Shown: positions 41,787 to 51,939 of the stretch, one piece after another
How positions within the stretch are numbered: the first letter of the stretch is position 1
How the letters are laid out: every line of letters starts with the position of its first letter
Assembly (NCBI GenBank): GCA_029856125.1
Contig: JAHQWJ010000062.1
Coordinates: forward strand, 32,001 to 96,000
Length of the DNA stretch: 64,000 bases
Direction: 5' to 3'
Source of the DNA: Promethearchaeia archaeon
GTDB taxonomy: Archaea; Asgardarchaeota; Lokiarchaeia; Sigyniarchaeales; SOKP01
Translations under genes and position numbers: made by a program
The notes under the pieces: model-generated
What the model saw: the letters and a program-made list of their open reading frames with translations, nothing else
Database searches by the model: none
What the model was told of the DNA's origin: nothing

Positions 41787-42185
41787 TTAAATTGTAGACA
41801 GTTTTTCCAAATCGGGAGTTGCATTTGAAACGGCCCAATCTAATAATTGATCGTAATAGGATTCAATTTCGTATGATTCGGGACTATTAGATAAAACTGC
41901 TAATATAAATTGCGTTTTTTGATCAGGCATAATAATATTTCTACATACAATATAATCTCCAATATATTTAATCTTCATACTCGATAGAAGAGACAAATTC
42001 ATTTCCTCAGAAGCTTTATATGCCGCATCGCTCAATAAGGAGCTCATGGCTGCAACAACCCGTTCATCAACATCCTCTGCTTTTTGGGAAGCTAAAACTA
42101 ATCCTGTTGAAGTAGAGAACAATGACGCTCTAAAATTTCCATTTTCATTTAATTCTTTAAGTACAAGTTCAAGTCGGCTAACCAC
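41787..42185 (-). CDS. Roadblock/LC7 (LAMTOR-like) domain protein
   Basis: LE.VL.EL...G.F.ASLFSTSTGLVLAS...DERVVAAMSS pattern; 132 aa. Confidence 0.8.
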   Translation of the reverse strand: MVSRLELVLKELNENGNFRASLFSTSTGLVLASQKAEDVDERVVAAMSSLLSDAAYKASEEMNLSLLSSMKIKYIGDYIVCRNIIMPDQKTQFILAVLSNSPESYEIESYYDQLLDWAVSNATPDLEKLSTI

Positions 42186-42275
42186 AGTTAATACTCCATT
42201 ATATTCTTTTATACTATTACTAACAAAAAAACCTTATTACAATATATTATGAACTATTTAATATTTAATTTTACT

Positions 42276-42800
42276 TTATCTTAAATTCAGATTTATAAGA
42301 AAAGTCGATAGAATATTATCATTATCGATCTTCAGGGTAATAACGCTTGGTCTCGCAATAGGTTTTTCAAAACCTTTTTTAGGAAGTGGGGCTATAGGTT
42401 TAGTTGGGCTCCCCGGATTGATTAATAACGTATTGTAGGGTGTTCCCTTAATAAGTGGTTGATGGGTATGCCCAAAAATAAGAATATGGATATTATTCTC
42501 CTTAATAAAAACTTCCGTATTCTCAGGTTTCTTGTGTACTATTCCGAGGGTGTATTCACCAACTTCAAAGTTTATAAAAGTCTCTAATCCAGGTATTTTA
42601 TCTGACTCTCCTCGTACGCATCGGACTGGAGCTATGTTTTCCAAATCGTTAAGAAAAAACGGTACACAAACATCTCCAGCATGAATTATTTCATCAACAT
42701 CTTCGAAAGTTTCTTTTAATTGATTCAATAATATATAATATAATTTGTTTTTATCATTAGTTGTAAAATGCGTGTCAGAAATGATTCCAAATTTAGCCAT
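42276..42800 (-). CDS. YfcE/Vps29-like metallophosphoesterase
   Basis: IISDTH, IHAGD, VRGESD, FGHTH, INPGS. Confidence 0.85.
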   Translation of the reverse strand: MAKFGIISDTHFTTNDKNKLYYILLNQLKETFEDVDEIIHAGDVCVPFFLNDLENIAPVRCVRGESDKIPGLETFINFEVGEYTLGIVHKKPENTEVFIKENNIHILIFGHTHQPLIKGTPYNTLLINPGSPTKPIAPLPKKGFEKPIARPSVITLKIDNDNILSTFLINLNLR

Positions 42801-42817
42801 TTCTTTTTTAACACTCG

Positions 42818-43894
42818 CTATAAAATTATCATTCCAACCAAAAAAATTATTAAGCCAAATATAAAATCCATCATAATTCTAACAACAGTTTCTAACGAAT
42901 TTTCTCCGATACTTTCATCACGGGTAAAATAACTTGTAAACTCTTTCCAACCGATTGATAAACTCTCTTTAATTCGAGAAAATTGCCAAATAAAAAGTAC
43001 TAATCCTATTATCAATAAAGGAATGTAAATATAAACAGCCATATACGAAAAATCAATGCCGTGTAAATAGTGCCAAATCGTATGAGATGTTATAATGTTG
43101 TTAAAAGTATGGGCAAAAATTACGGGAAATATCCAACGTCTTCTTAAAACGATCATAGAAAGAACAATTCCTACTAAGAAAGTTTGTAAAAACCAAATAA
43201 TCGGATAAATTATTGGCAATCCGGCTGACGACGGGCTAAGTATATAAGCAAAGTGTCCCATACCAAAGAAAAAGGAAGTCATGATCACCGCAGACATTTT
43301 ATTAAAGTAATCACTTCCTCTATTAGTTAAAAAGCCTCTTGTTAATGATTCTTCATAAATCGAAACGCATAGAGGTATTATAATGATTGATATAAGAAAA
43401 ATTGAGTAATTCTCGTTAAAATAGGAATTTAAAGAATATTGTGCTGCGGGTTCTATTGCCGTGGAAGAAAAAGAAAGCATTTCAGGTATAAGATAAATAA
43501 AAAAATCTAATGGTATAAAAATTAAAAAAAGCAATAAAATACCGTATAAGAGCTGAAATTTAAAATTTTTTCTTGTAATTTTAAATAAATTAAGAAAATT
43601 TCTTGAAGGGCTAATGTCTTCATCTAAAATCAATGATTTTCTCTGTTTTTCCATTATAAAATTTGATAGATAAAGGAATATGGGTATAACAACGACCATA
43701 ATAGCAGCTCTCATTATGTTATATAATCGCTCATATGTTGCATCGTCTATAGCATTTACATCAAAAAGGAAAGGTAGTATAAAGGTTGGAATTAACATAA
43801 ATACAAAAATTCCTAAGAATATTATTAACGCTTCAAAAAGAAAATAAAATCTCTGTCTCATAATTGTTTTTAAAGGAGTTCTTGGTCTTCTCAT
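42818..43894 (-). CDS. CPBP (CAAX/Abi) family intramembrane glutamic protease
   Basis: Multi-TM; YEESLTRG, FGMGH, HTFNN. Confidence 0.88.
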   Translation of the reverse strand: MRRPRTPLKTIMRQRFYFLFEALIIFLGIFVFMLIPTFILPFLFDVNAIDDATYERLYNIMRAAIMVVVIPIFLYLSNFIMEKQRKSLILDEDISPSRNFLNLFKITRKNFKFQLLYGILLLFLIFIPLDFFIYLIPEMLSFSSTAIEPAAQYSLNSYFNENYSIFLISIIIIPLCVSIYEESLTRGFLTNRGSDYFNKMSAVIMTSFFFGMGHFAYILSPSSAGLPIIYPIIWFLQTFLVGIVLSMIVLRRRWIFPVIFAHTFNNIITSHTIWHYLHGIDFSYMAVYIYIPLLIIGLVLFIWQFSRIKESLSIGWKEFTSYFTRDESIGENSLETVVRIMMDFIFGLIIFLVGMIIL

Positions 43895-43957
43895 GATTTA
43901 CCCAAATAACAAGTGTAATTAATAAAGGATAGTTTAATCGAAATATTATAAATTTTT

Positions 43958-44923
43958 TTATTTGTTGCTATTCCAAAAAAATTTTAGATGATCTCTATTT
44001 GGAATACCATTTCTTGCTCCAATTTTTTGAATACAGTTTCCAGCTAAGTAGTTACCAGTTTTTAAATAGGTTTTAAGGTGTTCAACATCAAAAATCATAC
44101 TTTGAACCAACCCATACATAAAACCAGCAGAAAATGCATCACCTGCCCCGGTAGTATCGATAACATTACTCAATTCAAGAGAAGGTATTAGTCCGTTTCC
44201 TTTTTTAGTAAGGAAAAATGATCCTTTATCACCAAGAGTAACTACAATTACCCGGATACCCAAGGATAATAATATTCTTGAATATTTGATAATAGATTCT
44301 TCATTTAAGTCGCTTTCTTTTATGTTTAAAAGGGTACGATATTCCCTCTGGGAAATAATCAGCACATCAATCTTTCCCAATAACTTCTTTAACTTTGTGA
44401 ACCCTAGATCGACGATTAACATGCCAGGATTTAAAATCACAGGGATATTGATACTTTTACCTATCTCCGCTGCAATTTGCAGCGGTTCAAGGTTTCTCAA
44501 ACTGCTTAAAAAGATTATTTTTGCATTTTTAAGTTCTTTTTCTGATATGTCTTTTTTTGAGAGATAATTAGCAGCACCACTATATGCGTATATTCTTCTT
44601 TCCCCTTTTTGATTTAAAGCCACATATGCAGATCCTGTTTTGTGATCTCGAGAATACTTAATTAATCTTGTATCTACAGAGACTTCTTTAAAATCGTTAA
44701 TTATTTTCTCGCCGAATGTATCTTTTTCCCCTAGTTTACCGATAAACGCCGTCGATAAGCCAATTTTTGCGCAAGCATAAGCAGTATTCGCCGCAGCCCC
44801 ACCAGATAATATTGATAAATCTGATACAAATACTTCGTCATCATCTAAGGGATGCCTTACTACTTGAGCTATTATGTCAACAAGTGCTGCCCCAATACAA
44901 ATTACATCGAAAATATTAACCAT
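43958..44923 (-). CDS. PfkB-family carbohydrate kinase
   Basis: GGAAANTA, VTLGDKG, DTTGAGDAF. Confidence 0.92.
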   Translation of the reverse strand: MVNIFDVICIGAALVDIIAQVVRHPLDDDEVFVSDLSILSGGAAANTAYACAKIGLSTAFIGKLGEKDTFGEKIINDFKEVSVDTRLIKYSRDHKTGSAYVALNQKGERRIYAYSGAANYLSKKDISEKELKNAKIIFLSSLRNLEPLQIAAEIGKSINIPVILNPGMLIVDLGFTKLKKLLGKIDVLIISQREYRTLLNIKESDLNEESIIKYSRILLSLGIRVIVVTLGDKGSFFLTKKGNGLIPSLELSNVIDTTGAGDAFSAGFMYGLVQSMIFDVEHLKTYLKTGNYLAGNCIQKIGARNGIPNRDHLKFFWNSNK

Positions 44924-44930
44924 TTCACCC

Positions 44931-46127
44931 CTAAATTATGTCTTTTTGATCATATTTGAAGGAGCCAAATTCAGATTTTATTTCTAGCAAGTTCTGGTGT
45001 TTTGAAGGTGAATTTTGGCAGTATCCAATAATTTTCGAGTCTACATTGTATTTTTTGCTGATTTTGATTATATCTTGAGCTGTAGTTTCATCACAATAAA
45101 TTTCCATCCGATGACCCATATTAAACACTTGAAACATCTCTTTCCATTGAGTTTCCGAAGAACTTTGAATAATTTCAAATATTTTTGGAATTTGAAACAA
45201 ATTGTTTTTGGTGTATTTAATTCCTTTACCGTAATTCAAAATTTTTGTTTGACCTCCTCCCGTGTTGTGGATTATTCCGTGAATTTCTTTCCGATGGGTT
45301 CTTAATATATCTAAAATTATTGGGGCATAAGTTCTAGTTGGAGATAAAAGCGCTTTTCCTATTGTTAGACTCGACCCTTTAATCTTGTCGGAAAGTAAGT
45401 GATTTCCGAAAAATACAAATTGTTCTTCAAGAGATTGGTCATAACACTCAGGATATTTCACGTAATATTCGTGCGATAGAACTCCGTGTCGAGCAAGCGT
45501 TAATCCGTTACTACCGATCCCGCTATTAAATTCTTCTTCATATGTTGCTTTTCCTGAGCTAGCTAAACCGATGATTACATCGTTATTGGAAATTTTGCTT
45601 AAATCGATGACATCTTTTTTCTTCAAACTAGTAAACGCTGATGCGTCGATTATAAGAGTTTTTACGACATCTCCTACATCAGCAGTTTCACCACCACAAA
45701 TTAGAGTATTTAAACCCAAGTCAGACAACTTCTTACTATAGGAATAATATTCTTGGATTATGGTACTAATAATCTCGCCATCAATATACCTGCTATTTCG
45801 ACCGATATTATTCGAAATGAAATAATCTCCTGTCGCCCCAACACAAAGCATATCGTCAATATTCATGACAATTGCGTCTTGTACAATTCCTTTAAAGACG
45901 GATATATCTTCAAGCTCTTTATAATACATATAAGCGAGGCTAGATTTAGTTCCCGCTCCATCGGAATGAAAAACTGAACAATAATCATCCCTTCTCCTCA
46001 CATCTTGAACGATTTTACAAAAAGATCCGGGATATAATCCTTTATCAATATTCTGTATTGCTTTATGGACGTCTTCTTTTTTAGAAGAAACACCTAATTG
46101 AGAATAAATATCTTTATGATCAGACAT
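44931..46127 (-). CDS. purM: Phosphoribosylformylglycinamidine cyclo-ligase (AIR synthase)
   Basis: DGAGTKS, GGETADV, SNGLTLAR, LSPTRTY, HNTGGG, VFNMG. Confidence 0.9.
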   Translation of the reverse strand: MSDHKDIYSQLGVSSKKEDVHKAIQNIDKGLYPGSFCKIVQDVRRRDDYCSVFHSDGAGTKSSLAYMYYKELEDISVFKGIVQDAIVMNIDDMLCVGATGDYFISNNIGRNSRYIDGEIISTIIQEYYSYSKKLSDLGLNTLICGGETADVGDVVKTLIIDASAFTSLKKKDVIDLSKISNNDVIIGLASSGKATYEEEFNSGIGSNGLTLARHGVLSHEYYVKYPECYDQSLEEQFVFFGNHLLSDKIKGSSLTIGKALLSPTRTYAPIILDILRTHRKEIHGIIHNTGGGQTKILNYGKGIKYTKNNLFQIPKIFEIIQSSSETQWKEMFQVFNMGHRMEIYCDETTAQDIIKISKKYNVDSKIIGYCQNSPSKHQNLLEIKSEFGSFKYDQKDII

Positions 46128-46129
46128 TT

Positions 46130-47488
46130 TTATAACGCGTATTTATTTTTAAGAACATTTAGAATATTTTCTGTTTGTTCAAGAGCCTTCCCTATGTATT
46201 TGTGAGGATCTAATAAATCATCGATCTCGTTTTTAGAAAGGACTTCTTGAATTTTTTGATTTTTATACAGAATTTCTTTAATTAATATATTTTCTTTTTT
46301 TGCTTTAATAGCTGCCTTCCTTAAAATTTCGTGTCCTTCTTGCCTACCGATACCTTTTTTAACCAGATTAACCATAACTTTTTCGGAAAGACTCGCTCCT
46401 TTAGTAAGATTTAAATTTTCTTCTATTTTAAATTCGTCAAATTCGACCCCTAGGACAATATCAGTTAATTGATTTATCATAAAATCTAAAAGTATGAAAT
46501 TCTCTGAGAAAATTATTCTTTCATTAGCAGAATTCGTTAAATCTCTCTCATCTTCTAAAATTATATTATCTAAAGCGGGAATTACATTAGACTTCAACAA
46601 TCGGGCTAAACTACAAATCCTCTCAGATTTATGAGGGTTTCTTTTGTGGGGCATTGTTGAACTACCAACTTGACTCTTCTTAAAAGGTTCAAACATTTCA
46701 GCTATTTCATTCCTTTGAAGTACTCTAATTTGCCTTGAAAACTTAGCAAGAGATTGCCCTATCAATGTTGTTATAAAAATCACCTCAGCGTGACGATCTC
46801 TTTGAATTATTTGGTTTGCTATTAATGCCGGATGTAAATCAAGCTCTTTCGTTACTATATTTTGTATTTCAATACCTTTCTCTCCAAAGCTTGCCATCGT
46901 TCCCACTGCCCCAGACATTTTACCGAACGCGATCCGATTAAGCGTTTCTTTTAATCTATCTATATGTCTATCTATTTCATATGCCCATACACCAAATCTC
47001 ATCCCATATGTTGTAGGAATAGCATGCTGTCCGTGAGTTCTTCCTATACAAACGAGGTTTTTCTTATCATCAATTACTTTGATTAAGGCTATAATTAGTT
47101 TCTTTAAAGATTTTATAATATGCGAGATCGCTTCTTTTAATTGAAGTGCTGTTGCTGTGTCTTCAATATCATAACTAGTTGCTCCTAAATGTGTATATTT
47201 TCCGGCGTCTCCCTCACATTGTTCAGATAAAGCTTTAACCATAGCCATTAAATCATGATGTATTTCTCTATCTATTTCTTTTACACGATTTAATTTTACA
47301 TAATCTAAATTAGCTTTTTTAGATATCTCATCTGCTGCTTCTTGAGGAATGTTCCCTAGTTTAGCGTGAGCTTTAGCTAATACAGCTTCAACTTTTAACC
47401 AGTTGGCTAATTTTTTATCTTCTGTAAAAATGTCGGCTATTTCAGTTCGGTAACGGGTTTCAACGGGATTGATAAATTTATGATCCAT
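46130..47488 (-). CDS. purB: Adenylosuccinate lyase
   Basis: HLGATSYD, GRTHGQHA, GSSTMPHKRNP. Confidence 0.96.
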   Translation of the reverse strand: MDHKFINPVETRYRTEIADIFTEDKKLANWLKVEAVLAKAHAKLGNIPQEAADEISKKANLDYVKLNRVKEIDREIHHDLMAMVKALSEQCEGDAGKYTHLGATSYDIEDTATALQLKEAISHIIKSLKKLIIALIKVIDDKKNLVCIGRTHGQHAIPTTYGMRFGVWAYEIDRHIDRLKETLNRIAFGKMSGAVGTMASFGEKGIEIQNIVTKELDLHPALIANQIIQRDRHAEVIFITTLIGQSLAKFSRQIRVLQRNEIAEMFEPFKKSQVGSSTMPHKRNPHKSERICSLARLLKSNVIPALDNIILEDERDLTNSANERIIFSENFILLDFMINQLTDIVLGVEFDEFKIEENLNLTKGASLSEKVMVNLVKKGIGRQEGHEILRKAAIKAKKENILIKEILYKNQKIQEVLSKNEIDDLLDPHKYIGKALEQTENILNVLKNKYAL

Positions 47489-47635
47489 AGCTACTTAACT
47501 CTTTTATAATCTCTATAATTGAAATAATCTATGATCAATTATTATTCTTTTTTTAAATTGTTATTAAAAAGCAAATATTCCAGTAAAAATATCCCAATGG
47601 CTCTATTGTAGAAAGAGAAGTATTAAAAATAGATT

Positions 47636-48364
47636 TTAATTCTGATGACCTGTGCGCCTAGCGGCGATTTGACCAACCTTTCGACCTGGAGGAGCATTTC
47701 TAGAAGTTGTTGTTGGTTTATGAGGTGACTGCTTTGCGCCCCCGCCATAAGGATGACTTGCGGCATTCATAGTAACTCCTCGTACGACCGGCCATTTTTT
47801 TGCTTTAGAGCGGTAAGCGTGGTGTGCGTTTCCTGCTTTCAGAAAAGGTTTATCTATTCTACCTCCACCTGCAACTACTCCTACGGTGCAAAGGCAATTT
47901 TCATTAAACCATTTTGTTTTTTTTGACCGAAATAGTACTTCAATATTTTTTCCAGATTTGTTTCGAACGATAGCAGAAACTCCGGATGCTCTTGCGAATT
48001 TACCTCCATCTTGTGGAGTACCTTCGATGTTAAATACAAGCGTTCCTATTGGCATTTTTTTAATTGGTAGGATATTTCCGACTGATACTTCTTGCCCGTA
48101 TCCCGTTTTTGATTGGAAAAATTCTTGTCCTTCATATATTCCTTCTGGAGGTAACCATAAACTTTTTTCCCCATCTTCGTACCTAATTCTAGCTACTGGG
48201 GCTCCTCTACCTGGAGCGTGGAGGAAATCAATCACTTTAAATTTTAACAATTTTTCATTTTTCTTGAAGGGACGATATTTTACCTTTCCTACATGTCGAT
48301 GACTTGGAGATCGAGCCCATAAATGGCCGTATCCTTTTCTTTGAGCTAATATACGCTTTCCCAT
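47636..48364 (-). CDS. rpl2: 50S ribosomal protein uL2
   Basis: MGKRILAQRKG, HAPGRGAP, GGKFARASG, WPVVRGV.MN...HPYGGG; ATG at 48364. Confidence 0.97.
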   Translation of the reverse strand: MGKRILAQRKGYGHLWARSPSHRHVGKVKYRPFKKNEKLLKFKVIDFLHAPGRGAPVARIRYEDGEKSLWLPPEGIYEGQEFFQSKTGYGQEVSVGNILPIKKMPIGTLVFNIEGTPQDGGKFARASGVSAIVRNKSGKNIEVLFRSKKTKWFNENCLCTVGVVAGGGRIDKPFLKAGNAHHAYRSKAKKWPVVRGVTMNAASHPYGGGAKQSPHKPTTTSRNAPPGRKVGQIAARRTGHQN

Positions 48365-48460
48365 AAAGATCACTTACTATATCGAATTAGTAATATCTAA
48401 TTAATAAAAGTTTAAATTTTTTATTATTTTGCATAGCAATTATAGATTTGTGAGAAAAAA

Positions 48461-49831
48461 TTATTGTTTTTTTACAAAGGTTTTACTCTTTAATAGTCTA
48501 TCAATGTTGTAATTAAAAGCGATTGGTAGTTCCCGATCTATAAACTCTCCAGCGATATTTGTTAATAGTAGATTTTTAATTTCATTTGGATCTTGTGTTT
48601 GGCCAAGAACCCAACCAAGTTTAACGTAACCGACTTCTGGTAAAATATTCTTTCCAGGAATAACACCAAGATTTTGTAATTCTCTACCAGTGGAATATAC
48701 ATCCATTCCAACGAACCCATGTAAGGTTTGAGTGGTCATTAATATAGTAATTCCTTCTTGGATTGCTCTTTTAATAGATTCATAAATATATGTGCTAGTG
48801 TGACCAAGTCCTGTCCCTGCAAATACTATCCCTTTATAGCCATTATCGATATAAAAATCAATTAATTCACTTTCCATGCCAGGGTAAGAGTAGACTAATG
48901 CGATCTTCTTCTCAAATTTTGTCTTTAATATAATTTCTCGATTTGATCTCTTCTTATAATCTGAACTAAACATCTTAATTTTTCTGTTTTTGATCATGCC
49001 TAATGGAACTTGATCAATAGTACGGAATGCCTCTCTTACTGATGAATGCATTTTTCTGACGAGTGTACCCCTATGGATTAACCCATAATCATGTGAAGAG
49101 GATCCTAACATTGTGACCAAAACTTCCGAAATATCTGAACTTGCTACAACAGCAGCGTTGATCAAATTAAGAGCGGCATCAGAGGATGGTCGATCAGAGC
49201 TTCTTTGACTTCCTGTAATCACTACAGGAATAGACAAATTCTCAAGCATGAAAGCTAAAGCAGCACTTGTAAAGCTCATTGTGTCGGTTCCGTGTCCTAT
49301 TAATATTCCGTCGATTCCAGCATCTGCTGCGCTTTTAACCTTTTCTGCTAGTTCTTGCCAATATTCTGGTTTCATGTTTTCCGATAAAATCTCAAAAGCA
49401 GTCTCACATTCAAGGTTACATATCTCTGCTAGTTCTGGGACAGAACTAAACAATTCTCCAGGAGTGAAAGAGGGGATAACCGCACCGGTAGTATAATCTA
49501 GCCTTGATGCCACTGTTCCTCCTGTACCCAGAAGTTTGATGTTTGGTAAATTTTTATTTTTTGGGAATTTTTTTTCTGGAATTTTATAGATTGCCTCTTT
49601 TTTACCAGTTTTTTTAATCTCTATTACATCGTTTAAATTAATACCTAAATTATAATTGTTTTTTAACTTAATTTCAATAAAATTAGGAGCAGAATACTCA
49701 TTTCTAGGTAAAATTATCCCTTGTAAAGTGGTTTTTTTTGTTTTTAATTCGACGACATCCCAAATTTGAATATTATTCTTTTCTAGGTATTCTCTTGCTT
49801 TTTCTTTGTATCCTTTTAACGAATCACTCAT
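48461..49831 (-). CDS. gatD: Glu-tRNA(Gln) amidotransferase subunit D
   Basis: TGGTVASRLDY, HGTDTM, GSQRSSDRPSSD. Confidence 0.96.
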   Translation of the reverse strand: MSDSLKGYKEKAREYLEKNNIQIWDVVELKTKKTTLQGIILPRNEYSAPNFIEIKLKNNYNLGINLNDVIEIKKTGKKEAIYKIPEKKFPKNKNLPNIKLLGTGGTVASRLDYTTGAVIPSFTPGELFSSVPELAEICNLECETAFEILSENMKPEYWQELAEKVKSAADAGIDGILIGHGTDTMSFTSAALAFMLENLSIPVVITGSQRSSDRPSSDAALNLINAAVVASSDISEVLVTMLGSSSHDYGLIHRGTLVRKMHSSVREAFRTIDQVPLGMIKNRKIKMFSSDYKKRSNREIILKTKFEKKIALVYSYPGMESELIDFYIDNGYKGIVFAGTGLGHTSTYIYESIKRAIQEGITILMTTQTLHGFVGMDVYSTGRELQNLGVIPGKNILPEVGYVKLGWVLGQTQDPNEIKNLLLTNIAGEFIDRELPIAFNYNIDRLLKSKTFVKKQ

Positions 49832-51751
49832 TTACTTCAACTCCTTTAATTTTAAACTTAATTTATTCTTCATTTCTCTTGAAATTATTGCTCCATCGAT
49901 TTTCCCCCTCACTTTTTTCATCACTTCTCCCATGAGAGGTCCAATTGCCCTCATACCTTTTTGTTTAACAATTTCGATGTTGGTATCTATTACATCATCG
50001 ATTATTTTTGATAATTCTTCCAAACTTATACTTTCAAGCTTTAATCGTTCTTTTATTTCGATAATTGTAAGTTCGGGAAGATCAGCTTTCATTATCATAA
50101 TTTCTTCTATCGCTTCTTTACTAATCTCTTTATTTTTTAAATACATGAAAATCTCTTCGAAATCAGATTCCTTAATATTACCGATATCTTTGCCTTCACG
50201 TCGAAGAGCTGTAGTAGTATTTAGAATCTTGTTTATTATTATAGATGGATTATCTGAATAAATTTTGATTAATTTTTTGAAGAGATTTAATTTTCCAGTG
50301 AAAAACAACTGTTTTACCGATGATTCTTCTATATGATAAGAGTTAGCATATTCTTCTATTACATTCCACGGATAATCGGGTAAATTTTCTTTAATCTCGT
50401 TAATATCGTTAATATCGTTCATAATTGCCCTTGAGTCTGTGTCAGGATACAACCTTGCACCACCATGTAATTCTCTTAAAAATTCAGTATTGCCATTTTC
50501 TAAAGCTCTCCTAGTTTCTGGAGGAACTCCTTTGAATGCTTGCTTCACTCTTTCAACTACAGTGGTCATTGCTTTAGAAACTTCTTCTTCTGTTCCTAAA
50601 ACTAAAATGAAACAATCATTTTCCTTTGAATTAAGCTTAGATTTTATTATTTTAACATCCTTATCGGAAAAATTATATTTTGTAAGATCTTCATCAGAAT
50701 GAATTATTCCATTTAATCCAGTTAAAGATTTAACTTTACTACTTACTTCTGTTCCAAATCGATAATCTGTAATTAAGAGTTTTCCAAAAATGTCTTTAAA
50801 TCCTGTTAAATTTATACCGTAAAGCTTCTTACCGGAGGATATTTCTTTAGACGCGAAATTAGAACTGGTATCTGAGAAAGATTCTGTCAAATCTGAATGT
50901 TTATTATGTACATCTCGTTCAGTTAATTTTCTTCTTTCTAATTCTTCTTTAACATTCAGAAGTCCAATTTGACGCGATATCTCGTGATTTATAAGGGGTT
51001 TTATCCAATCTAACTTCTGAACGCCTTTAATTTCAATTCTCGTCCCTTTTTTTATACTGACATTGATATCTTGTCGAATTGAACCGAGTACTTTCTTCAC
51101 ATTTGTAGACCATAATAATAATCCTAAACGCTCAGCACAGTCTCTACATTCCTCAGGATTATTTATATCGGGCTTAGTTGTGATCTCAACTAAAGGAATT
51201 CCCAACCTATCTAAGCGGAAATAATTAGTTCTATCAAAAGTTTTTATTTTCCTTGCTGAATCTTCTTCTAAGCTTAAAATCTCTATTCTCACTTTCTTTC
51301 CAGTTTTTAACGTAACAAAACCGTCTGTTCCAAGGATCATTGTTCTTTGAAACCCAGAAGGGACGCTTCCATCGAGATAATTCTTCCTGCAGACATGCAT
51401 TTCTTCGATAATATTGGAATTTAAAAGCAAAGCAATTTTTAAAGCGATTTTTCTCGCCTCACTATTACATAAAAAAGGAGGAGTTTCGTCTAATTCATAG
51501 GTACAAATCTCATCATTATAACATTCGTATTCTATATTTATGTTCTTCTCATATTCAGTAAGCATTGCTTTATCAAAGGTTCCCATCTCACCTAAAACTG
51601 GTCTCATTAATCGTTTTAGGGTAAAATCAGGGGGTTTTTTACCCAGAAGTTTACTTGGGCATCTACAAAATAGTTTCTTCTTAGTATTCAGTTGTTGATG
51701 GATTTCCAAACCGCACTTCATTCCTAATTCTTCATAATCAAAATCGTACAT
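49832..51751 (-). CDS. gatE: Glu-tRNA(Gln) amidotransferase subunit E
   Basis: GLEIHQQL, DGS..SGFQRT, LDRLGIPLVEI, IRQDINVSI, RLYPDTD. Confidence 0.96.
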   Translation of the reverse strand: MYDFDYEELGMKCGLEIHQQLNTKKKLFCRCPSKLLGKKPPDFTLKRLMRPVLGEMGTFDKAMLTEYEKNINIEYECYNDEICTYELDETPPFLCNSEARKIALKIALLLNSNIIEEMHVCRKNYLDGSVPSGFQRTMILGTDGFVTLKTGKKVRIEILSLEEDSARKIKTFDRTNYFRLDRLGIPLVEITTKPDINNPEECRDCAERLGLLLWSTNVKKVLGSIRQDINVSIKKGTRIEIKGVQKLDWIKPLINHEISRQIGLLNVKEELERRKLTERDVHNKHSDLTESFSDTSSNFASKEISSGKKLYGINLTGFKDIFGKLLITDYRFGTEVSSKVKSLTGLNGIIHSDEDLTKYNFSDKDVKIIKSKLNSKENDCFILVLGTEEEVSKAMTTVVERVKQAFKGVPPETRRALENGNTEFLRELHGGARLYPDTDSRAIMNDINDINEIKENLPDYPWNVIEEYANSYHIEESSVKQLFFTGKLNLFKKLIKIYSDNPSIIINKILNTTTALRREGKDIGNIKESDFEEIFMYLKNKEISKEAIEEIMIMKADLPELTIIEIKERLKLESISLEELSKIIDDVIDTNIEIVKQKGMRAIGPLMGEVMKKVRGKIDGAIISREMKNKLSLKLKELK

Positions 51752-51939
51752 ATTAGATCATTTGAGATTTATATCGTTCTACTATGAACTGTTTAATTCA
51801 TTTTATAATTTTAATATATTGTATGGAAAATCTAAAATTTAGTTCATTTAGATAGGAAATTAGACTTATTTTTATTGTCCTTATATTTCCGATAAATTGC
51901 ATATTTGCTATAGTAAGACTTAAGTTCAAGAGGGTTGTG

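Noticed and set aside
47636-48364. uL2 located outside the S10 ribosomal cluster
   Set aside because: A standalone rpl2 is already known in several archaeal lineages, so it is not remarkable.
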